Below are positions 1 to 7,295 of a stretch of DNA of 64,000 bases, piece after piece. The stretch covers positions 288,001-352,000 of the forward strand of contig CAWHAE010000018.1 of NCBI GenBank assembly GCA_963827235.1, in the 5' to 3' direction. Each line of letters begins with the position of its first letter. Position 1 is the stretch's first letter. A model generated the notes under the pieces. The model made no database searches. It was not told where the DNA came from and saw nothing but the letters and a program-made list of their open reading frames with translations. The stretch is from an uncultured bacterium (GTDB taxonomy: Bacteria; Chloroflexota; UBA5177; JANWHV01). The position numbers were made by a program, and so were the translations under genes.

Positions 1-3
1 GGC

Positions 4-198
4 TTACGCCTCGGCGCTTATCGGCACTTCCTCGCGTTCGCGCCGCTCCTCGAAATGCGGGCAAATGAGCGCGAGATCGCCGGTCCAGATCGTCTGCGCC
101 GTGCCGAAGCCGAGACCGCAGACATAGCCGTCGTCGGATGCGCTGAGATTCTCGCAGCGAAAGCAATTTCGTGGCTTCTTCTCGTCAAGGTACGGCAT
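4..198 (-). CDS. Small Cys-rich hypothetical protein (64 aa), possible metal-binding
   Basis: ATG at 198 with GGAGAG SD upstream; MPYLDEKKPRNCFRCENL...YVCGLG...ICPHF has four Cys. The longer 135-aa ORF extension looks non-coding. Confidence 0.55.
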   Translation of the reverse strand: MPYLDEKKPRNCFRCENLSASDDGYVCGLGFGTAQTIWTGDLALICPHFEERREREEVPISAEA

Positions 199-595
199 GG
201 GCCTCTCTCCAATCATCGCATGCATGCAGCATTGTAGTGTAGCCGCGGCGCCCGGGACCCGCAAGCCGGGGAGTGCACCGGCGGTCCTGCCGTCCAGGGC
301 TCCGTCCCATCGGTCCAGGGACCGCAGCCACCTCCGGCTGTGCCGGACACTACTCCTTCCCCAGCCGCTGGACAGTGATGCCACTGCGCCGCGATTCCAG
401 GTAAGCACCACGCGCCGCGGCCGGCCTGCAGTGTGCGATCCAGGGCTTCGGCCCGGCGATACCGGGACCCGTGGCCACTCGGCCGCCTCGGCACGTGCCC
501 GGCATGGCTTCCATCTTCGGCCGACAACGTTCCGGTGCGTCGCGCGCCAGGTCCGCGCTATACCCCGGTCCGCGCGCCAAACCCGGCCACCAGCA

Positions 596-604
596 TGGTA
601 TAAT
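596..604 (+). promoter_or_regulatory. Extended -10 promoter element (TGnTATAAT) upstream of the 753 ORF
   Basis: TGGTATAAT at 596-604, a perfect consensus in a GC-rich background. Confidence 0.5.
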
Positions 605-752
605 CGCTGGCGAGTGGCGGCAGCAGTTAGGGCGTTCGCAGCCGTAGGGGTATCTTTATTCTTAGCTGGATCGAGTTCAAGCTATGTGCTTCCCGCGCAG
701 TCGCGTCGATGCAGCATGTAGGATTCCATAGCGAAGGGCCCCGACAAAAGTA

Positions 753-2078
753 ATGGCCGCAGCACGTTGCCCGAACTGCACGCGCAAGATTCACATCTGG
801 AACAACCACTCAGGTTTCTGCAGCAAACGGTGTCGTGACGAATCGAAGAGCGCGTGCCTCAATTGCGGGAAGGCTGGCCTGTTCAAGCACGAGCGGCTTG
901 GCTGCTGTAGTGACGAGTGCCGCTTCTGGTACGTCACGACCCTGCTCGGCTACGACCGCGAGTTTCTGCTGACTCCCGCCTGGGACAAGGTGGTCTATCA
1001 CGTGCGCTTGCCCTCGGCAAACGCCGAGATATCGTCGCTGCAGCTCGACGAGCTGGAGTTCGAGCGTGCGCGTGATACGATTCTGGTGGTCGCCGCGCCG
1101 GCCTGGATCTCGCGACAGAAAGTGCTCGCCGAGCTTCCTTACGTGCGCTTTGACAATGCCGCCTGGCAACATCTGCGCGTCGACGGCACCCTCTCTTCAG
1201 ATGAGGTAGAGCGATTCCGCGGCATGTGCTACGACGACCCCCTGCTCTACCACAAGCTGGGGGTTCACGTGTTCGAGAAGATTCGCGGGCAGGGCGGCAC
1301 GAGCCCGATCACACCCCCCTCCACGGTCCAGCTCGCGCCCGGTACGATCGGCTTGACGCAGCCGATGCTGCCGATCGGCGCCTACGGCGCCGACACCACG
1401 GCGCAGACCGTCATGCCCTTGCAGTTGGCGCAGGTGAGCCAGGCCGGCACGGCGCTGGCAGAGCCCGAGCACTTCGGTTCGCAGGTGCGCACGCTGTTTG
1501 CGTTGAGAGGCTACCAGGTCACGAGTGCCGATTCGACTACCGACTCCGCGCTCTTGCTCACCAAGGGCAGCAAGCGCGCCGTGGCCGTCTACCATTGGCA
1601 GCATGGCATGGTCTCCGACGAGCCGGTACGGCTCGTGCTCGACCTGATGACTACGTGGGAGGCCTCGAACGGCTACGTGGTGACAAACGGCCATTTCACG
1701 TTGCAGGTGGAGGATTCGGTGGCCGGACGAGCCGTGCAGTTGATCGACGGCGACCAGCTTGCTGCGCTGGTTGACGGTATGCGCAGCGGCGGCCAGCCGG
1801 CCGAGTCCCCGGAGCAAACCGTGGTGACCGGCCCTGCGCCCTCGACAAGCGCCGACGCCGAGCTAAACGGGCACGATAACCACCTGAATGGGCATTCCTC
1901 GCACGAGGACGACCTCGGTGCGACGCGGGTGCTCGCCGCGCCGGCAGAGAGACCGGAGGAGGTAACGCGGAGGCTCTCCAACGCGGAGCCGGTCGGCGCC
2001 GCCCTCCAAGGACCTGCCGCCCCCGACCGCCCGCCGCTTGACGTCGAGCCCGGCGAGACAGAGTTGCTGCAGCCCTGA
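753..2078 (+). CDS. Protein with tandem N-terminal Cys-rich zinc-finger motifs and a C-terminal Mrr-like restriction endonuclease-fold domain with a degenerate active site
   Basis: CPNC..CSKRC and CLNC..CCSDEC; F...VRTLFALRGYQV...YVVTNGHFT...VQLIDGDQL matches the Mrr_cat layout. Confidence 0.65.
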   Translation: MAAARCPNCTRKIHIWNNHSGFCSKRCRDESKSACLNCGKAGLFKHERLGCCSDECRFWYVTTLLGYDREFLLTPAWDKVVYHVRLPSANAEISSLQLDELEFERARDTILVVAAPAWISRQKVLAELPYVRFDNAAWQHLRVDGTLSSDEVERFRGMCYDDPLLYHKLGVHVFEKIRGQGGTSPITPPSTVQLAPGTIGLTQPMLPIGAYGADTTAQTVMPLQLAQVSQAGTALAEPEHFGSQVRTLFALRGYQVTSADSTTDSALLLTKGSKRAVAVYHWQHGMVSDEPVRLVLDLMTTWEASNGYVVTNGHFTLQVEDSVAGRAVQLIDGDQLAALVDGMRSGGQPAESPEQTVVTGPAPSTSADAELNGHDNHLNGHSSHEDDLGATRVLAAPAERPEEVTRRLSNAEPVGAALQGPAAPDRPPLDVEPGETELLQP

Positions 2079-2411
2079 TCCTGCCCCCCCCCGCCCGGGC
2101 ACGCCCTTGCGCGGGCACGGCGAGGCTAACACGACTCATCCACGGGCACCAGATCGTGCGATTGACGGTGCAAGGCCGCCATACGAGGATAGAGGGGCCG
2201 GTCTTGTGAGCGTTATCGATGCATCATGCTACGCTGGACGGACGCATCCCACGGCGGCTGTTCCAGAGTCACACCGATCGGCCCTGTCTTCGCCGGGTAT
2301 GGCTAAAGAAGTGGTAGTACGTGCCGATAACGTAAGACGAGCAGGTTGATCTGGGGTACCTGTGGCAGCGGCGCCGAGGACGAGTGGTGCCCTGGGTGGA
2401 GGCTAATACTT

Positions 2412-2774
2412 ATGGCAACGTTTCTGGTAGCAGACGACGCCGCGTTCATGCGCATGCGCTGTGTGAAGCTCCTGAAGGAGGGCGGGCACGAGACGGTCGA
2501 GGTCGAGAACGGCAAGCAGGCCGTCGAGACATACCAGCGCATCAAACCCGACGCAGTGCTCCTGGACATTACCATGCCTGAGATGGATGGACTGGAGGCG
2601 CTGCGCCAGATCTTGGCGGCCGACCCAAAGGCGCGAGTGGCCATGGTGACCGCGGTCGGCCAGCAGTCGGTGGTCATCGAAGCGCTTAAGGCCGGTGCGT
2701 GCGACTTCGTCGTGAAGCCGTTCCAGCCATCGCGGTTTCTCCAAGCAGTGCATCGGCTGCTTGAACCGAGGTGA
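2412..2774 (+). CDS. cheY: Chemotaxis response regulator CheY (stand-alone receiver domain)
   Basis: ADDAAFMRM, LLDITMPEMDG (phospho-Asp), TAVGQQ and VVKPF, typical of Bacillota/Thermotoga-type CheY; GGAGG SD before ATG 2412. Confidence 0.88.
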   Translation: MATFLVADDAAFMRMRCVKLLKEGGHETVEVENGKQAVETYQRIKPDAVLLDITMPEMDGLEALRQILAADPKARVAMVTAVGQQSVVIEALKAGACDFVVKPFQPSRFLQAVHRLLEPR

Positions 2775-2895
2775 GCATCCTCTCTTCGCCGCATTCGAGA
2801 GAGCGGCGCACCTTATGCAGATGGTGTCATCGTCACGCATCTGTGTCGACGTGGACCGTTTCTTCACGGCCCCGGAAGGATAGAGGAGTCGAAGC

Positions 2896-3363
2896 ATGAA
2901 TGCGGAAGTGATCAAAGCCTTTACCAGCGCGGCGCGCGATGTTCTCTCACAGGAGCTCGGTGAGCCGATCGAGCTGCAGGATGCGCGACTGCAAGGCGGA
3001 CCATATCGCGTGGGCGACGTAACCGTGGTAGTCGGTATCGCGCAGGACATAGAGGGTGCGGTCCTGATGTGCCTGTCGAAGCCCACCGCGCGGCAGTACC
3101 TTTCGAACGTTCTGGGCGAAGAGGTGGAAGAGCTCGACGAGATAGCGCTCAGCGGCATCGGCGAGCTTGGCAACATGATTGCCGGCGCTGCCGGCGCGCG
3201 GTTGGCCGAGCTGGGCTACACGACGGTCATCGCGCCGCCCACGGTGTTCGTCGACGGCGGCACGATCTCAACGCTCACCCTGCCGCGCCTCGTCGTTCCA
3301 GTCCACTCGCCGATCGGTTCGCTCGATCTGCAGCTCGCCGCGCGAATTCACGCCAATCCGTAG
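2896..3363 (+). CDS. cheX: Chemotaxis phosphatase CheX
   Basis: VTVVVGIAQDIEG, SGIGELGNMIAG (ExxN catalytic motif), IAPPTV; AGGAG SD. Confidence 0.88.
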   Translation: MNAEVIKAFTSAARDVLSQELGEPIELQDARLQGGPYRVGDVTVVVGIAQDIEGAVLMCLSKPTARQYLSNVLGEEVEELDEIALSGIGELGNMIAGAAGARLAELGYTTVIAPPTVFVDGGTISTLTLPRLVVPVHSPIGSLDLQLAARIHANP

Positions 3364-3408
3364 GTGATTGACGCCCGATGATGAACTGGGCAGCCCGATA
3401 GTCGCGTG

Positions 3409-4311
3409 TCACGGCAAGGCTACGGTGCCGTCTGCGCGACGTGCCACGAGACCGTCGCGCTCCAGGTCGCGCAATAGGCCGTCGAGCCACGGGGCATCCG
3501 TGCCCGAGTAATCCGCTTTGATGTCCGCGCCGAGGTCGAGCGCGGAGAGCGCCTCGCCATCGGCCAATCGGCGCAGGCGCTCGACGATGCGGCCGCGATA
3601 ATAGCGCGTCGAGCCGCTAAACTGAGCCGGTCCCGGCACCTTGTAACCGCCTTTGCGCTCGCGTACCACGGGCGAGATGCGTCCTGCCGCACTGCACCAT
3701 GGACGCGCAGGGCAAAGCAGGCACTTGGGACTGCGCTCAGTGCAGAGGGAGGCCCCCAAATCCATGAGCGCCTGGTTCCACTCGTACGCGTTGCTTTCCG
3801 GCAAAGCCTCCGCCGCCAAGCGCCACTGGGCGCTCGCCGCGCCCAGCCGGGGGCCATCCGGTCCGTGCGCGATCCGGCCCAGCACGCGCCGCACGTTGGT
3901 GTCCAGCACCGGTTCCCGCCGGCCGAATGCGAAACAGGCGACCGCCGACGCCGTGTAGCGGCCCACGCCTTCCAGCGCCGTCATGCCCTCAACGGTATCC
4001 GGCAGCGCACACCCGTGGTGCGTGCAGAGCGCCTGGGCCACGCGCTGCAGGCGCACGGCACGCCGATTGTAACCTAGCCCTTGCCAGGCACGGATCACCT
4101 CCGCGGTCGCTGCGACAGACAGGGCGTCGAAGCTCGGGAACTGCGCCAGAAAGGAACGATACTTGGCCACGACGCGATCAACCTGTGTCTGCTGGAGCAT
4201 GAACTCCGCGACAAGGATGGCATACGGATCTCGCGTTCGCCGCCAGGGCAGATCGCGCGCCGCGCCGGCATACCAGCCGAGCACGGCGTTGTGAAGGGGT
4301 TCCCAGTTCAA
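3409..4311 (-). CDS. mutY: A/G-specific adenine glycosylase MutY (short form)
   Basis: RDLPWR, VAEFMLQQTQV, GLGYNRRA, HhH GVGRYTA, LDTNVRRV, Fe-S motif CTERSPKCLLCPARPWC. Probable TTG start at 4311 overlaps the upstream stop. Confidence 0.92.
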   Translation of the reverse strand: MNWEPLHNAVLGWYAGAARDLPWRRTRDPYAILVAEFMLQQTQVDRVVAKYRSFLAQFPSFDALSVAATAEVIRAWQGLGYNRRAVRLQRVAQALCTHHGCALPDTVEGMTALEGVGRYTASAVACFAFGRREPVLDTNVRRVLGRIAHGPDGPRLGAASAQWRLAAEALPESNAYEWNQALMDLGASLCTERSPKCLLCPARPWCSAAGRISPVVRERKGGYKVPGPAQFSGSTRYYRGRIVERLRRLADGEALSALDLGADIKADYSGTDAPWLDGLLRDLERDGLVARRADGTVALP

Positions 4312-4748
4312 GCCTTCTTGTTGAGCTCCTCCGCCAACCGGTCGGCGCGCGCCTCCGCCGTGCGAAGGCGGCGCGATAGCATGGGCAGAAGCGGTAAGGC
4401 CATCTCGGGGTGCGATTCCAGCTCGCCTAGGAACTCCCACTTGGCGAGCGTCGCGCAGACGGTAGGCTGCGTCGTCTTCACGTCGGCAGTTCTGGGCAGG
4501 TCGTCGAGCAGCGCGGTCTCGCCGAAGAAATCGCCGGGTCCAAGTTTCTGCAGGAGCCGTCCGCCGCGCAGCACGTCGCAGGCGCCCTCGATCACGATGT
4601 AGAGGCCGAGACCGAGCTGGCCCTCAGCCACGATAGCCTGTCCCGCCGGGTATTCCTGCGTCTTCATCAGCCTGGACAGAGACTTGACCGCGCGGGAGTC
4701 CAACCGCTCGAACAGCGTTACGTGCGCCAGCAGCTCGTCCACTTTCAT
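4308..4748 (-). CDS. Stand-alone cyclic nucleotide-binding domain protein
   Basis: IVAEGQLGLGLYIVIEG, GPGDFFGETALLDDLPRTADV phosphate-binding cassette; no HTH. Confidence 0.88.
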   Translation of the reverse strand: MKVDELLAHVTLFERLDSRAVKSLSRLMKTQEYPAGQAIVAEGQLGLGLYIVIEGACDVLRGGRLLQKLGPGDFFGETALLDDLPRTADVKTTQPTVCATLAKWEFLGELESHPEMALPLLPMLSRRLRTAEARADRLAEELNKKA

Positions 4749-5027
4749 GTTGTGTGCCTCCAGAGGCTACGCGTCGCTTCACGTGTCCCTGTGATTCCAG
4801 GCCTCCCATACCGATGGGGCGATCGGGGCGCCGCCAACTGACGCGGCGCTCCGGGCCACCGCGACAGCAACCTGCCCGGCACCGCACTGCCGCCAACGAG
4901 CCGCTACCCCAGGCGGACGACGGCTGTTACGGCCGATCAACCGCGTCGGCTGGCGGAAGTTACCGACGGGAGTCACGCCTCCCATACCAGGAGCCGCTAC
5001 TACCAGTATAGAGGAATGTAGGACTCT

Positions 5028-5657
5028 CTATGCCGAGGCAGACGCGCCGCAGACGGTCACGAGCCGCCCAGCCACGGCCTCCGGTACGCCCTCGCCCTTC
5101 AACCGGGAGAGAATGCCGCGAAGCAACCTTTCGGCGGCCGGTCGTGCCTCGTTGCTTCCCGAGACGTGAGACTGGATGATCACTCGCGCCAGTGCCTGCC
5201 GCTCGTTCGGCTGCAGCGTAGACAGCGAAGTCAGGCGGTCGCGGACGAAGGAAGGTGCATCGGAAGCGGTCTCCACGTCCACGAGCACCCTCAGCTGGCC
5301 GCCGTCCCAACCGAGCGTGCGCTGCCGGAGCATGGTATCAAAGGTATCGCGCAGGATGAGCGACTCGGGCGCGGCGCACTCCTGCGTTAGCGCCAGACTG
5401 AAGCAAAACGGCGTGTTCTGCAGCAAGCCGAGCTCGCCCGCCAAAAAGGCCAGGCACTGTAGATCTGATTCGTCACGCAGGTTCTTCACCGCTCGCACAA
5501 GCGCGAGCAGGGTATGTTGCGGTCGATTTGCCGAGGGACGGGCCGGTGGAATGTCGCTTGGCGCCGTCGACTGATTTCCAGGAGCATACCCTAACGCCAC
5601 GGATCTCGTCTCCCTTCCCCGCATGGGTATCGACACAATGTCGGGACGAGCGTTCAC
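5028..5657 (-). CDS. Hypothetical protein with weak YwgA/Panacea(DUF4065)-like N-terminal pattern
   Basis: ORF with GGGGGAG SD; LQCLAFLAGELG...F.F....PES..LRD.FD resembles the LQKLxYL...FxF...GPYS..L pattern. Confidence 0.45.
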   Translation of the reverse strand: MNARPDIVSIPMRGRETRSVALGYAPGNQSTAPSDIPPARPSANRPQHTLLALVRAVKNLRDESDLQCLAFLAGELGLLQNTPFCFSLALTQECAAPESLILRDTFDTMLRQRTLGWDGGQLRVLVDVETASDAPSFVRDRLTSLSTLQPNERQALARVIIQSHVSGSNEARPAAERLLRGILSRLKGEGVPEAVAGRLVTVCGASASA

Positions 5658-5860
5658 TCCCCCAAAGTGAACACGGAGACGTGCTGCTGCTGCCGCAGTT
5701 GGGCAGTCCCTAGCACCGGCTACCTAGGTAAATACTACAACAAAACGGCCCTGTGTGGCGAGGCCTTCAACACAACATGTTGGGGCAATCGCGCGCCTAT
5801 GCCCGACGTGTCGAAACGGCACCGGTCGGAAAGCCGAAAACTGCGGGCGCGGACCCGGCT

Positions 5861-5905
5861 GCAGGGCCGGGGAAACCCGCCGAAAAATCGGTTCCCCGGC
5901 CCTGC
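5861..5905. repeat. Perfect 14-bp inverted repeat (hairpin)
   Basis: GCAGGGCCGGGGAA (5861-5874) / TTCCCCGGCCCTGC (5892-5905). Confidence 0.7.
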
Positions 5906-6017
5906 CAAAGTCTTTCCTATTAACAACGCGAGAGTATCGGCGCTGCCTTGTGCGACCCGCCGCGGCGAGCACACGGCAACCGGCCGCCCCTCACAGCGAC
6001 CAATGCCGTTCGGTAGT

Positions 6018-6281
6018 CTAATGTTGAAGCGCGGGATGGTTTCGCCAGGCCGGCATGGTACGCATGTAGTCGCGCGTGGCCGTTTCGGCGGCCGGGCGCT
6101 CCATGCCTTCCCTGCGCATCATCCATTGCGTCATGCGCTCGAACCGCTCGTCAAACGCCTGCAGGTCGCCCTCCGGCGTCGAGCAGTAGCGGCACCAAGC
6201 ACTATCGGACCGACCCTGAGCGTGATCCTCGAGCGTCTCCATGGGCATGCCGCAGCTCACACAGGCAGTTGCGTTGGCCAT
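6018..6281 (-). CDS. Putative zinc ribbon domain protein (Zn_ribbon_2-like)
   Basis: CVSCGMPM...WCRYC...MPAW family pattern; GGAGAGGAG SD before ATG 6281. Confidence 0.8.
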   Translation of the reverse strand: MANATACVSCGMPMETLEDHAQGRSDSAWCRYCSTPEGDLQAFDERFERMTQWMMRREGMERPAAETATRDYMRTMPAWRNHPALQH

Positions 6282-6286
6282 TTGCT

Positions 6287-6775
6287 TCACTCCTCTCCGG
6301 GCTCCTGCCCGGCTTTGAGCAACGCACGCAATCCTTCCAGTAGGCGCGTGCGATCTGCAGGGCGCATGTTCATGATCGCCTGTACCAGCAGATCGTTCTC
6401 GAGCACTTCTGGGTACGCGGCCAGGCGCTCGCGGCCGGCTTCCGTGAGCCAGACGAAGACACGCCGGCGATCGCGATCGTCTCGCAGGCGCGCCACCAGG
6501 CCTTTGGCTTCCAGCCGGTTGACCATCTCGGTGGTGGCCGCCTTGCTCAGTCCCAGGTGATCTGCCTGCTCGCCCACGGTCAGCGGCCCGCCCGCCGCCA
6601 GATGGCGCAGCACGCGCAGCATGTGCGCCGTGACGTCGGACCCGGGCAGCGTCTGCCGCGAAGCGTGGAAGCGGTGATAGACGGCGGGGTACAAGCGCGC
6701 AACCTCCATGGCCACTGCCCGAACCTCCGGGGGCGCCTCCCAATGGTTCGTGACGAACAGTTCGTCACGAACCAT
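6287..6775 (-). CDS. MarR family transcriptional regulator
   Basis: LTVGEQADHLGLSKAATTEMVNRLEAKGLV and DDRDRRRVFVWLTEAG; start could instead be ATG 6709. Confidence 0.88.
   Translation of the reverse strand: MVRDELFVTNHWEAPPEVRAVAMEVARLYPAVYHRFHASRQTLPGSDVTAHMLRVLRHLAAGGPLTVGEQADHLGLSKAATTEMVNRLEAKGLVARLRDDRDRRRVFVWLTEAGRERLAAYPEVLENDLLVQAIMNMRPADRTRLLEGLRALLKAGQEPGEE
6743..6775. promoter_or_regulatory. Perfect 16-bp inverted repeat, probable MarR operator
   Basis: ATGGTTCGTGACGAAC-A-GTTCGTCACGAACCAT. Confidence 0.65.
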
Positions 6776-7295
6776 ATTCTCAGAATTGTCTCCGTTCGTC
6801 AAGGCCCTTCTCCTCGCCGGCCCTGCTCCGGGCATTCTCCCGCTGCCTCACAGTATACGTGCGCCGCGCCCCGGCCGCGCCACAAACTGCCGGGAGCATG
6901 GCTCCCGCATCGCCGGCATCTCCGGCCTCGCGCAGGTGCCGTCCCTATCGTACGCTCCATCAGACACCGCCCGCTGCATCCAATGCAGGTGCGCCGCGAG
7001 CCTCCAGCGCACAGGAAACTCAACCCGGCGCCGGCGCATCCAGTCTGACACGGCCGTGCGACAATCCGAGCCCACGCGCCGCTCCGGCAGCTCCGGCCTC
7101 ACCGTCCCCGGGATCGCGTCGGCACGCGCCTTCTTCGCCAAAGAGTCGTGCCGGATGCGTGAACTCTTGCTGAGGAGCTGCCCGATCTAGCTATTGTGGT
7201 GGGGTTGAGATAAGTAGCCATGCACTGGAACGGCACTCCAAGGAGCCTCTACGTGCAAGTGCTGATACCGGCTCGGCGTGATCGCTTCGCCGATT

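Noticed and set aside
753-2078. Calling this locus an active type IV restriction or defence island
   Set aside because: The catalytic residues appear absent, and no methyltransferase, other defence gene or mobility gene is nearby.
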